This document shows positions 25,733 through 39,189 of a stretch of DNA of 64,000 nucleotides, one piece after another. Numbering within the stretch: position 1 is the stretch's first letter; each line of letters begins with the position of its first letter. A program made the translations under genes and the position numbers. The DNA comes from Mobula hypostoma (taxonomy: Eukaryota), in the NCBI RefSeq assembly GCF_963921235.1, contig NC_086108.1, forward strand, positions 73,844,001-73,908,000, given 5' to 3'. The notes under the pieces are model-generated. The model had not been told where the DNA came from. It made no database searches and saw nothing but the letters and a program-made list of their open reading frames with translations.

Positions 25733-25927
25733 ACATCACGCAAAATGCTGGAGGAACTCAGCAGACCAGGCAGCATCTATGGAAAAAAAAATACAGTCCT
25801 GCCGAAGGGTCTCAGCCCAAAACATCGACTGTACTTTTTTCCACAGACGCTGCCTCGTCTGCTGAATTCCTCCAGCATTTTGTATTTGTTGCTTGCATTT
25901 CCTCCATCTGCAGATTTTCTCTTGTTT
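25733..25927. mobile_element. Miniature fold-back PLE derivative (~195 bp) with central hammerhead-like motif
   Basis: caaaatgctggaggaactcagcagaccaggcagcatctatggaaaaaa is inverted against ttttttccacagacgctgcctcgtctgctgaattcctccagcattttg. AGTC-CTGCCGA...GACT at 25795-25830; tail to 25927. Confidence 0.85.
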
Positions 25928-26779
25928 ATCAAATTGAGTACATTACAGTTGTGCAGAACTTTTGACTATTGTAAATATGGCTGATTTATAGGGGGCCATG
26001 ATTCCATGCCTACTGAAAATAACAAAATGGACAGTGCACCTAACACTAAATAAGAAGGTTCTTCTATAGCAAAGACATGTTAGGTGGGCACTAAACAACC
26101 AAATAGAAGCAAATATGGAAGGAAGGACAAATAAACTAAGATGAGAAGTGAAGAAGTGGAGAGAAACAGAGCATTCTTGGAGGAAAGTGAATTAAATACT
26201 TTTCCGTCAAATGGATTATGGGAGCCTGGAACACCTGGCCTGAACGGGTAGTGGAAACAGAAACCTTCATTATTTTTAAAACATTCCCGAGTAAGCATTT
26301 GAAAAGATGCAACTTGACAAGGTTACCAACCTAGAGCTGGGTAATGGAAGGCAAGACAAAAACTTGCCTTTTAACTCTGTGTTCATGTTAACCATCAAGC
26401 AGTTTATTCATCTACATTAATCCCATTTACTTGTTCCTCAGTTTTCTATGCTATAGTGATTCAAGTATATATCTACCTATTGTAAGCTTTTACTCTATCA
26501 TCCCCATCAAGCAACGTGCTTCAGATTTTAACGCCTGGATAAAAAATTCTTCCTTATTTCCCTTCTAAACTTTATGCCCTCATTTTAAATCAGTTCCTTC
26601 TGCTATTAGATACCAATACCTTGGGGAAAAGCTTCCTATGAACTAATCTATACATGCCCCTCAATTTTGTATAGCTCAATATGTTCTTCCACTCAGTCTT
26701 TTCTGCTCCAAGGACAACAAACCCAACCTATTCAGTATTGGGTCAAGAGGCCCTTCCTACTGTAAGCAGTGACAGAAAT

Positions 26780-27810
26780 TACATCAAAATTCTTTGGAGT
26801 TTAAGAGGAGGAGGAATGAACTTACAGAAACGTACAAGGTTCTAACAGGGAGGATGTTGAGATATTTCTACTAATAGGACAATCTCAATCAAAAAGATGC
26901 TGTGACAATATTAGAGACAGCCATTTAAAATTGAGATGCATAGAAACTTCACAAAGGATATTAAATCCCTGGAGGTGTCTGAAATATCAGGGAATCGAAA
27001 GCTATTCAATCAATGGGTTGATGAGAGCAGGGCAGTACACATTGTCTATATTGACTTCAGTAAGGCCTTTGATAAAGTTCAGTATGATAGACTGCTATGG
27101 AAAGTTAAATTGCAAGGGATCCAAAGAGAACTAACTAATTGGGCGCACATTTGGCTTGATAGTAGGAAGCAGTAAGTGATGGTGGAAGGTTGTATTTTGG
27201 ACTGGAAGCCCAGGACAAGTGGTGTTCCTCAGGGCTTACTAGTAGGACCATTGCTATTTTTCCACCCATGGTGTCACGAGTAGAGGTTTGTGAACAAGGC
27301 TTTGGCAAACTGGCCCTCATCGATCAGGTCTCTAAGTATAGAAGATGTTATGTTGCAGTTGTACAAGCCATTGATGATGCAGCATTTACCTATAAAGGGC
27401 ACGGAGGAGATTACCAGGACTTGAGAGACTGAGTTATGGAGAAAGGTTGAGCAGGTTGGGATTGTTTTCACCGGAGCATAGGTGAATGAGGGGTGTTCTT
27501 ACAAAAGTGTGTAAAATAAAGATTGGTATAGATAGTCAATGCATACAACTTCATGAAATCAAGAAGCAGGAAGCATAGGTTGAAGGTGAGAGGGGAGTGA
27601 TTTATTATGAATCTGAGGGGGCAATATTTTCACCCAGAATAGTCAGTATATGGAATGAGCTGTAAGAGGAAGTGGTTGAAAAAGGTATAGTAACAACATT
27701 AAAAGGTACTTAGACAGGTAACAGTTTCCGAAAGCTTTAGAGGAATATAGGCTAAATCTAGGCAAATGGGACTGGATTAAATGAGCCTGTTTCTATGCTG
27801 TATGATTTTA
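26780..27810 (+). mobile_element. Decayed CR1 LINE fragments
   Basis: VHIVYIDFSKAFDKV peptide and CR1 3' end. Confidence 0.75.
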
Positions 27811-29573
27811 TGCTATACCTAGTTCACACAGAAGAGGGGATGAGGGCTGGGACATCAGCCATGGTGATATTGAATGGCAGGGAATATTTGAGGGGCTGAG
27901 GGGCTAAGTGGCTTAATCCTGCTCCTATTTCTTACACTTTCATGCTCTAATGTTCTTCAATGCAAGATTCCTAGTTTACAGCTCAGTAAATCTAAATGAA
28001 CAACCTTCTTCAACAGATGTGACTACTCTGTATCCATAAACACAAAATCAATTATAATCCAAATTAGTGAACAGTTTGCCAATACATAATTGAGTGTTAA
28101 TATAATTTTGATTTGTCATAACCACCAACAACATGCCACTGAAAATACTCGGATGCAGATATACCTAGAGGGAAAAAGATGGAAATATGGAGGAAGAGGA
28201 GGACAAGGTTGAGGCCATAACCTGAAACCTTATCAAAAAACATTGCATTTTGAGACTTCTCATCCAGCACTTGTACACATGGGTTAGCACCAAGGCTTAA
28301 AACTTTTTCAAAAATAGAGGTTCAGAGAAGGGTGGGAGAAACTAAACAATTAAGGTTCCTGAACTTTATCTATTCACAATTTAGTGCGTTAAACCTTTTC
28401 CTACTGTTTGAAATATCACCCCAACACAAATTCTGTTAGAAGGTAGACCCTAGAATAGTGCCTGTTATTCAAACCACCCCACTGGTAATCAGTGTTTGCA
28501 CAGTTATTGGGAAAAACAAACTACAAAAGCAAAAAAAGAAAAATTCATTTAAACACTGACAGATAAAACCTTAACCAAACTTGGACTTCTACTTAAATTG
28601 GTCAACTTTTTAAAAATTAAGTCTTGTGAAATCAGCACTGCGTCAGTGAGCACCATTAAATAAGTGAATGAAGAAACCTTTTCTTTGTTAATCATTTTGC
28701 ATTATACTTTTCCATGAATTATATCACACATACATTACATAAGCATATAACATATGATTATCTTTTTCCTATGAAGTTGCCTATTTGTGCAATTCAGTAC
28801 CCAACAAACTTATGAAGTTTCTGTTCATTTTATGCCATTATAAATTTGGAGCAAACTATTCAGGTTTGCAGTGCAGAGTGAATTTAGCAGAAAAATATGT
28901 TGGTATTGATCTTCCTGTGGTTGAGTTAAGCTTTGTGAAAAAAATGACAAAACCTGTTTAAACAAGCTGAGCTACAATTGTTCCTGATGGCATTCATTCA
29001 CTTTTACTAGCTGCAGCACATTCGTCAGATGGTTTTCAATGTATTCCGATATGCAGATAGGGCAGACTAAGTTGGAATCTTGTGAGTCAACAATATTTGA
29101 TCATATTTAAGCATATTTTTAGACCATTCTGAATGATAATTTTCACATAAATATATCCATTGAGGTACTTTACTTATGGTTCTTAATTTTATAGTATAAA
29201 TTGAATTCTTGATCAATAATTTCTTGCCATTTTTTTCAATATAATTAACCATATAACAATTACATTACACGAGGTATTTCCTCCTGTCCAAAACATGAGT
29301 TAACTACAGATCCAGAAACATTTCAAACATATAAAATAGTTTTAATGGATTCATGTGCGTCTTAGTCATTGACTAAAGAAGCCACAGAATTACTAAGCGT
29401 CAATAACACCCACAGTGGTGGAGAATTTAACAGATTAAATCAGCATGTACACCTCTTTAAAAAAATTATTTGATCAGTGTATGAATTATATTGATAAAAT
29501 ACACAATATCTTTAAATCCATTTGATAAGACATCCAACTAAAAGCAAGGAAGTTAAATTTACAGAGATCTTAC

Positions 29574-29620
29574 TGGATCCGCAAGCGTGGGGCCCCAAGT
29601 CCTTCCCGTCTCTTCTTCAT
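29574..29620 (-). CDS. MAST2: Alternative first coding exon (MKKRREGLGAPRLRI + CA)
   Basis: ATG at 29620-29618, 15 codons plus 2 nt, then donor CCA|gtaaga. It resembles the recalled mammalian MAST2 alternative N-terminus (MKxRRERLGAPCLRIQ) and the paralogous MAST3/4 MKxxRxxLxIPxLTLD exons. Confidence 0.8.
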
Positions 29621-30664
29621 TGCTGGATTATCTAACACCTTCACAGACAGAGAACATAAGCTGTCCTGGTAATACGAACATAAAACTGACATCACTCAGG
29701 AAAATACTGGCAGCTGTGTTTTGTGCAATGGAAGCAGTCAGTACAAGTTTGTTCAACCCTCACAGGAAATCAGGATATCTTATGAACCATCAGAGTCACC
29801 CATTACATGGTTGAGAGAATAAAATGTTCACATTCAGAAGTTGCCAGACTTGTTACAATCAATTCCTCTTCATCCCAAGCATACTCATGCTATAACATTC
29901 AAAATTTAAAAAGCAAATGAACTAATCCCTTCAACTCATGCAGAGGATCTATCAATCTACAGACTAACAGCATAACAACTCGAGCTAAAATTAGAAAGCA
30001 ACAGCCACCTGAATGGCAGTACTTTGAATTTAAACAAACCAATCCAAACTGTTGTCCGGATTCACTTTGGGGCACAAGAGATTTCAGAATCCCATTAATC
30101 GTCAGAGATCTAGGGAACTAGTATACAAAAGGTAACATGCCCAATAGATGTGTTAATATTACAAATACTCTATCCAAAATGCGAAAGTTTAGGAAATAAT
30201 TATCCATGGGTTGATATTCAAACCAAGTAGTACATAAGTAAACATTTACTTAAAAATTGTAAATGCTTTTACATTATTTACTAAAATAAATCTGTTGCCA
30301 ACCATTTGGCTTCAGTGTGCTTTATTTTTAAAGATTTTGTATTTAAAGCCAGTTACAGTGTAGATATGTAAATAATATAGAAATTAGAATATCAAAACTT
30401 CAATAAATCATGTACAATTTGAAGCTATGTCAAGCTTCAACATGTACCCTACTGATAAAAAGAATCAAATAATCCATAAGGATCTATTTTGTGGTCTCTT
30501 TTAAGGGATTAAGTTGTAATTTGCAGTTAGTACAGGAATTTCAAATTGAGGCCTTATTCTGCATGAACAAACAAAATATCGTTATCCAACTAGATATTTT
30601 CCTCAGTAACAGGTCTACTGTATCATTTTGGACACTTTCAGAGAAGAACAGCAGCACTAGCCTG

Positions 30665-31590
30665 AGCAACACAAACAAAATGCTGGAAGAACTCAGAAGT
30701 CAGGCAGTATCTATGTAAATAAATAAACAATTGACATTTAGGGCCGAGACTCTTCTCCAGCACTTGAAAGGGAGAAGATGCAAAACCAAAAAGGGCAGGG
30801 GGAAGTGATAGGCAGGTGAGGAGTGGTAAGAGGCAAGAGTGGGGAATAGAATAGGAGGGAAGGGGGAAGGGAAAAATTACCAGAAGGAGAAATCAATATT
30901 TGTGTTATCAGGTTAGAGGCTACCCACACAGAAAATGAGGTGCTGCTCCTCCACCCTGAAAGTGGCCTCATCGTGGTACAGAAGGCTATGGACCGACATC
31001 TCGGAACTGGAAATGAAATAGAAATCAAAATGGTTGGCTACCAGAAAATTCTGCTTTTGACAGATGGAGTGGAGGTGCTCAAAGTGGACCACAGTTTACG
31101 ATAGGCCTCACCAATGCAGACATGGCCCCCCTTCGGGAGCACCAAACACAATAGACAACCCCAGGAGATTCACAAGTGAAGGAGGTAGAAGTGAGCAGTG
31201 CAGGGTAAGGGAACTATGAGTTTGGTAGCTGTGGATGGGAGTTCTCCAGAGCTGATGAGGCCAATGATGGTGTCAGAGACAATTTTCTGATGGTCCAGAG
31301 TGGGGTCTTCTTCATGGGGTAGGTAAGAAGCAGTACCCGAGAGTTGCCACATGGCCTCAGCAAGGTAGAGATCAGTCCGTCACACAACAACAGCACCCCA
31401 TTTGTCTGCAGGTTTGATGCAAAGAGAGTGGAGGGCAGTGTATTCAGAGGGAGTAAGGTTTGAGGAGGAGGGAGGAGTGCTGAAGTTGAGCCCGTTGATG
31501 GCTCATCAGCAATTTGAGATGATAAGATCCGGAGTAGGCAGGGAACCAGGCAGAGACCCACTTACCTCAGATGCAGCACAATGATGCACA
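30665..31590 (-). mobile_element. Internally deleted Penelope-like element with RT N-terminal remnant
   Basis: Terminal repeat at 30665-30765, GIY-YIG C-terminal remnant, then an RT segment (GAVVV..TDLYLAEA..QLS....Y..H.EDPT). Confidence 0.8.
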
Positions 31591-34261
31591 GCTCAGGAAG
31601 CTGGAATCTAGGGGAGTCTGTTGGGCGAACAAGATTTTATGGAGGTGGGGGGAGGGGGAAGCAACAGAAGTTAATTGTACAAATGAGAACTGATGACACA
31701 GGTAGAAAACCGTTGAGATCCTGCAAAGTGAATATAGGGAGTTTGTCAGAAGGTTAAAAAAAAATCCCTAGGATTGTAATCTCTGAATTAGTGTCCCATG
31801 CACTAGTAACTATAAGAGTAAGGGGAAAGGCAAACAAATGTGTGGCACATCTGGTAGGAACTTAGTTTTTTGATCGTTGGTTATCAAGGGATATTGTGGT
31901 CTTGTTAAGAAGTCGTATATCAGATGTAAGCCTAATGTTCAGACCAGTGAACATCATTCTATTACTTTCAAGACAGTAAGAGAAAAAGATAGGACTGGCC
32001 CACAAGTTTAAGTCCTAAATTGGGGCAAGGCAAATTTTGATGGCATTACACAAGAAGTTGTGAAGGTTGATTAAAAGAAGGCCTATACGCAGGTAAGGGT
32101 AAAGCAAGTAGTGAGATAGGAACAGTTTAGGGGCACTAAGTTCCTGTAGGAGTGAAGGGAAAGGCTGGCAGCCCTGTCTATTCTCTTACTGTGAATCTTC
32201 CCTTTAGTTCTTTCAACCCCTCCACATTTTGAACCTTAGAAATTCCTTAAATCCTTAACTCGTTCCAATGTCATCCTAACTCAGTTTTCCTCTCCAATGA
32301 TGTCATTTGATCTGCTGAGTACTTTCACATTTTGTTTTCATTTCAAGTTCTCAATATCAAAATAGCTTTTATAAATTGATATTGGACAGGCATTTGGATA
32401 AAGTAATGCAAAACAGCAGTACTTAACAAAGCACTTGAGTAATCTATAATAAAAAGAGAACCAGGTACAAATAGTCAGCTGGTCAGGTAGCATCTGTTTA
32501 GAAACAAAGTTAACATTTAAGATTAACAAGCTCAGAAATGAGCTGAAGATAAAGTAAGTTATGACTTAGATAGAAAGTGAGAAGGGGAGAAAACAAAGTG
32601 AATGGTCCATAATAGGATGGAAGGTCTTGCATACATACACTATACATATGAAGCAGGAATAACAGCTCAGATAGACTAATCTTAGTTTTATTCCATGTCC
32701 TGAGATAAAATATTGTCTTCTACCTAATCACAAAATCCCTTCAGTTCTTACTTCATTTCCTTGCATTACCTGCATGTAAGAAGCGTTTATATCTCTGATT
32801 ATTTCCAGCTTTCTCTTCACAAATGCTATCAAACCGGCCAAGTATTTTCAGTATTTTCTGTTTTTATTTCAGATTTCCAAAATTCACAGTTTACTGTACT
32901 CTTTTGTGGAAATATCTAAACACTCAAACTTAGACAGCACACAATCTTTTGTATGGATGATTTCAAACTTAACCCATGACAGCATCAACCAACATACAAA
33001 AACAAATACATCATAATTTGGAAATCTCCAAAATCTTATCAGAATATTTAATTTTTATTAAAGAAAGTTGCATGTACTCATTGAACGTGCACTGATAGCA
33101 AACATCTCTCACTTCAGTCTACTCAAAAGTCAACTCAAAAGGTAATTTTCATTTCTTTTCATCAATTCCCCTGTACCTAACTTAGCATTTGATACCCTTA
33201 TAAGAGGATCATTTTGGAGCATTATTATTCAATAGGTTTAATTGGCCACATTTGGAACAACAGACTAGCATGGTTTTCCAAAAGGAATACATTTACTGAA
33301 GAAAATCAATTACCTGATTAACCTATGAGGAATGAACCTTTCTGATATATGTAAAGACAAGCATGTTTTTAATACCAAGTTTTGTATATTAATGCCATTT
33401 AAGAAACAATACTATTTTCTTTTAAGCAAGCCCTTTGAAAATAGAGCACCACCAAATACTGAAAAACATGGAAAAAATTCAAAGTATGCTGCAGCATTTA
33501 TGATAATCAATGACTAATTAGTCACAACATAATGAAGAAAGCCTTCAGTCTATGATGTTCATGAAGCAATGTCCACAAAATTAAGAGAGACCTTGAAAGC
33601 ATATAAAGGCTTTTTCCAATTGTCTCAAAAGAGCAAAATAACTTGGCCATTATAGTGACATAGTTTCGTATTTGCAAACACCCAAAATTGTTTTGATTCT
33701 CCTCAGCTTTGTGAAGCCCAAACATAAAGCAGTTCAAAAGAAAGTATATTATACTACAGGCAGTAATTTACTTTCACTGCAGATAAAATAAACAAAACAA
33801 AGATATAGATACCTACCTCCTGAGGTTTCCATGCTGCCTCATTTGCTCAGAGCATGTCCTTAAGTCTAGCACTGTAATATAAATGGAATGACAGATTTGG
33901 AGAGGCATTACAAAAAGCTTAAATTTGATGGATTTGTAGTGCCAATGCCCCTTGGAGTCCCTCACAAAATATGAGGATAAGCAAAAATATGTTGAAAGCA
34001 ACAGGGTAGTATTTTACACACAGAATCACATATTGAAATTAGACCTATGGGTTTCCACCAGGGCTGCATGAAGAATTTTCAACTGCTACACTTATCACTG
34101 GATAGAACATCAGACTAAAGAACTATATTCAGAATGGCCATAGAATAATTGCAAAATAGACTGCCTTCAAGATGTGAGAAAACATGAGGCAGGAGGGACA
34201 TTGCAATCTCTTGTACGTCTGGGCAACCCTCTATGAATCATCGGCCTTAATTATCTCAATC

Positions 34262-35385
34262 AAGGGAAAATGTGCAGATGCTGGAAATTCAAGCAAAACA
34301 CACACACACACACACACAGAAAATGCTGGAGGAAATCAGCAGGCCAGGCAGCAACTATGGAAAAGAGTACAAACAATCAACATTTTGGACTGGAGAGAAA
34401 AAAAAAGGAGGAATCAAAGTAAAAAGGTGGAGGGAAGAGAGGAAGAAACACAAGGTGATAGGTGAAACTTGTGGGGGGGCATTAAGTAAAGAGTTGGGAA
34501 GTTGATTTGTTGAAAGAGATACCAGGCTGGAGAGGGGGAGATCTGATAGAAGGCAGAAAGCCATAGAAAAAAGGAGGAGGAGCACCAGAGGGAGATGATG
34601 AGGTGATAAGGTGAGAGGGGGAAATGAGAATTGGGGATGGTGAAGGGTGGAGCATTTACGGAGCATTTTGAGAAATCAATGTTCATGCCATCAGGCTGGA
34701 GGGTCACCAGACAGAATATAAGGTGTTGCTCCTCCAACCTGAGTGTGGCCTCATCATTACGATAGAGGTGGTCTTGAACTGACATGTCAGTAGAGGAATG
34801 GCAAGTGGAATGAAAATGGGTGGCCACTGGGAGATCCTGCTTTTTCTGGTAGGTGCTTGGTGAAGCAGTCTCCCAATCTATGTCAGGCCTCACCAACATA
34901 CAGGAGGCCACATCAGGAGCACAAGATGCTGTAGATGAGCCCAACAGACACATAGGAGAAGTGTCATCTCAACTGGAAGGACTGTTTGGGATCCTGAATG
35001 GTGGTGAGGGAGAAGGTCCTGGTGGCCACCCATTTTAAGTCCACCTCCCTTTTCTATTCCAAAATGGTAGTTGTGTGGCTTCATCTACTGCTGGAATGAG
35101 GCCACACTCTGGTTGGAGAAGCAACACCTTATATTCCATCTGGGTAGCTTCCAACCTAATAGCATGAACATCGATTTCTTGAACTTCCAGTAATGATCCC
35201 TCTCCTTCTCTATTCCTCATCCCCTTTTCTCTCTCTCCTTGCCTGCCCTTCACCTCCCTCTGGTGCTCCTCCCCTTTTTCTTTCTTCCATAGCCTTTTGT
35301 CTTCTCATATCAGATTTCCTCTTCTCCAGCCCTGTATCTCTTTCACCAATCAACTTCCCGGTTCTTTACTTCACCCCTCCCCTGA
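34262..35385. mobile_element. Third fold-back Penelope-like element (older)
   Basis: Minus arm 34262-~35010 (QDLPVATHFHS...LEEQHLIFCLVTLQPDGMNIDF) followed directly by an inverted plus arm ~35012-35385. Confidence 0.85.
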
Positions 35386-36038
35386 CACCTGGAAATGATT
35401 CCTAGCAAAATCTAACCCAAGTAAAAACACTTCTAATGTGAAATTTGTTCATGAAAAGCATGTGCAACTTCTAGATTTTTATTTCCTTTCAGATAAAGAA
35501 ACATTCTCATTTTCAAATGCTGCTTTACCCAGAGAATTGCAACATTTCTTCTGACTTGCAAATGGGCAAGTACAATTTACCACGATAAAATAGTAAGTGG
35601 ACAGAATTTGTGAAGTAAAATATATAGAGCAATACCTCAAACAAGAAGGTTTTATGACATACGGCATTTCAGCTCCTATCTGTCAGCCTAAAGGTTATCC
35701 ACATGATTTGTTAATTGTTTCTCTATTCCAAAATTTGCACATTTCAGGTTTCCAGCATACAGTGAATTTGGTAATGCTCAGGGAAATACAACTACACAAA
35801 GCTATTCATTAATTTTAAAATTTACTTCATTTTTCTGAAATAAATCTCATCACTTGGCGTGTGAAAAGTGAATACTGATGCCACTAAATAGCAACTAATC
35901 TACCTTAATCAATCTCTGTGTAGGTTTCTGTATTACACCTCAATTCTTTCCCCAGCTCTAAGGAAGGTTGATGTCTGGGAATATTGATTGATTTTTCTTT
36001 CCATGGATGCTGCCTAACTGGCTAAGTTCTTCAAACAC

Positions 36039-36155
36039 AAATGGGAGAAGACCTGCAGATGCTGAAAATCCAAGCAATACACACAAAATGCTGGAGGAAC
36101 TCAGCAAGCCCCAGGAAAGTAAACAGTTGATGCTTTGGGCCGAGACCCTTCATCA
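36039..36155 (-). mobile_element. Short PLE terminal-repeat fragment
   Basis: ctgcagatgctgaaaatccaagcaatacacacaaaatgctggaggaactcagc...gggccgagacccttcatca. Confidence 0.8.
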
Positions 36156-36603
36156 TTTTTTGTTTCAGAAGCCAGTAGCCATATTTTCTTTTTCCCAACG
36201 GCAGAACCATTATAACTTTAATATTTGATGGCAGCAATACATTCAACATTCTGATTATAAGGAGTAAAAAGCAAAAAATGCTAAATTTTAAAAAAACGGA
36301 AGCTGCAAACTTGAAATAAAAGCAAATTACAAGAAATATTTAAGAGGTCAATGACCCTTCAACATTACAAATTCCCTAGAACTTTATATTCATCTGTCGG
36401 TTGCCCTTCCCCCTCTGCCAAAATTGACCAATTAAGACTCTTCCCCTTCATTGAGCTCATAAAGATCTGTTGCCCACCACCCATGACATGAGCCTATGCC
36501 TTTCATATCCTGGGCAGCTGCAACATTTTTTTTGCATTAACTACAATTATAAATTTAAATCTACAATGCTGAGTTGCTATTATAGTAACTTCCACTGCTG
36601 TTA

Positions 36604-38171
36604 CAGGTTTCCCCCGCCATCCGAAGGTAGAGCGTTCCTATGAAACGTAAGCCGAAATGTCATAAAGCGAAGAAGCAATTACCATTTACTTATATGGGAA
36701 AATTTTGTGAGAGTTCGCAGACCCAAAAATAACCTACCAAATCATGCCAAATAATGCATAAAACCTAAAATAACAGTAACATATAGTAAAAGCAGGAATG
36801 ATATGATAAATACACAGCCTATATAAAGTAGAAATATTTTTCCACAATCATTGCCGGCACTGTTCTCCGTAGCAAAAATCTCACGCAAGTGCTGTTGGCA
36901 AAAAAACGCTCTCCAGTAACTTTTAAGTTATGAAGCTGCCAAATCATGCCAAATAACACATAAAAATATACAGCTGATATAAAGTAGAAATAATGTATGT
37001 ACAATTTAATATCACTTACCGGAATTGGTTCAGCGCCGAGCACACTGATGATGGTGTGTTAGGCTGAGTCATCGCTGGTTGGGGTGGTGCAGTGGCCCCC
37101 GCCCTCCGGGCCGCCGACCGATACATTGCCGTGAAGCATGCAGGGGTGCAGCGGTAGCCGGGAGGCACCCAGCACATCTTTGAGAAAAAAGCCGAAATAA
37201 ACATGCTAATTAATTAGGTGCCGCCTGACACATAAATGTCGGCCCAGATCAGAGGCAATGCAATCGGCAATCACCTCTGATCTGGGCCAACAATTACATG
37301 TCAGGCGGCACCTAATTAATTAGCAGGTTTATTTTGGCTTTTTTTTTAAAGATGTGCTGTGTGCCTCCCAGCTACTGCTGCATTCTCCGCGAATCAGTAT
37401 CTGTTCGCGGCCTGGGGGTTGTGGTGGTGGGACACTGGGGTGTCATCTCGTCATTTGTTTCCATTAGAGCAGACAGCTCATCTTCTCCTATGACTGCCCA
37501 CCTCGATGTCAAAGGTCGAGATTCGTCATCTGCTGTGGCTGATGTGGAAGGCTTGCTTGACTGCTGAGCCTCACGCATTTTTCTATCATACAGTTCCTTG
37601 TAAGCACTCAAACCATCCTGCAAATATCCCCTAAACCTACGTACCCTTTCAAAATTAAACTCGTACTTTATCATTGTAGCGAAAATCTCACGCAGTTGCT
37701 TCACGTTCATTTCGCTAATGAATTCGGTTTCGATTGTTACCCTTTCCTCTTCCAATTGCATCAGCTCTTCATCTATCAGTTCTTGGTCATGGGATGCCAA
37801 AACCTCTTCAACATCATCTTCGTCAACTTCCACAAGCCAAACTCACATTGTCCTTACTTCGTTCACCACCATCAAAACGCTCAATTACGTCTAGTTTTAC
37901 GCTAAGTGTAACACCCTTACAAGCTCTTTCAGGCTTTTCCAACACCTTAGAACTCATCTTGCTAATGGCTGCTCAATGCAACGTGCTTAAGCAATGTTGT
38001 TCCGAATCTGGGGGAGAGCGGCTGCTCGGGGTACGCGCTGCCTTTTATCACGCGCTGATTATTTTCGTAACAGTAAAAACACCTTCTGTTAGCGAAAATA
38101 GGGAACTAATGTAGGTCTTTCATAACAGTGAGGTTTCGTAAAGCAAACATTCGAAAAGCGGGGGACACCTG
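36604..38171 (-). mobile_element. Tigger/pogo-type DNA transposon, internally deleted
   Basis: TA TSDs at 36602-3 and 38172-3; imperfect 25-bp TIRs CAGGTTTCCCCCGCCATCCGAAGGT / CAGGTGTCCCCCGCTTTTCGAATGT. The psq-HTH start MSSKVLEKPERACKGVTLSVKLDVIERFDGGE (from ~37957) is joined to the acidic C-terminus EVDEDDVEEVLASHDQELIDEELMQL. Confidence 0.9.
37147..37382. repeat. ~109-bp-arm inverted repeat inside the Tigger element
   Basis: 37147-37255 is the near reverse complement of 37274-37382. Confidence 0.9.
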
Positions 38172-39189
38172 TAATACCATTTTAAGTTCCTACATGTTAA
38201 AACATCAGGGAAAAAAAAGACATGTTTTCTGAATGAGATTAAGCTATTACAGATTATTACTCAGTAAAAGGTGCATGTATGTGCAAATTTTAGAGATGCC
38301 CCACAAACTATTTCTTATATACACCATTATCAGAGGACTACACATGAAGGAAAAAGAAAGCAAAGTTTTCAAATCTGTCTCCCAACTAATTACTAACAAA
38401 GATCAGCGGATTACCTGGATTGATAATTAAAAAGAATGCAAGTTAAGTCAATTCCAAAACAAGAATCTGAACTGGAATACTAAATTACAATCTTGTAGAT
38501 ATCAATTCATGAATGGCCATTATCACAGTTGTTTCTAGCAACTTTCAGTTTAGAGTTTCAGTTATAATAACATCAATGTAAGAGAGAATTCTCAAATTAG
38601 AACAATCAAACAGAATGTACAAATTGCAGATTTGTTTTGAAACAAACTGGAGTCAGAATTCATTGGAGATCCAATGTCTATATCAAATTTATCTACAAAC
38701 AATTTGATTAACACAGCAAATGGAGGCCGAAAGCTTATATTCTGGGGGAGAGATGCAAGAAAATACAGCGAAATATTTGCCCTGAATTAGCTATATCAAA
38801 ATGAGAATGAAGAAACAGTGTAAGCAACCTCAGGTAAGGCAGCTATTGCTCTCCAAGTTACAGTGCCCCACTAATAATTCCTGCTGTACCACTATTTTCA
38901 AACTGCTGCATTTGTGTTGGAAACAAAACAAAACTTGGCACAGAAAGTTAATTCTTGACATTTCAAGCCTAAATTCTCTTCTAGAAATATAATGTTTCTT
39001 GCTGCAGTCAACCAAGTTCATTGCCACACCTCATCAGTATTATCCAATGCAGAACTTCCTGATCTAATCCACCATTTTATTCCCTCTAGCTTAATCCACT
39101 TCATTTTTTGCTTCTGTGTCCAGTTGAGTTTCAGAAACCTGAGCACCAAATCCATGGTGACACTCGACAACCAGAGGAAATGTTATGTA

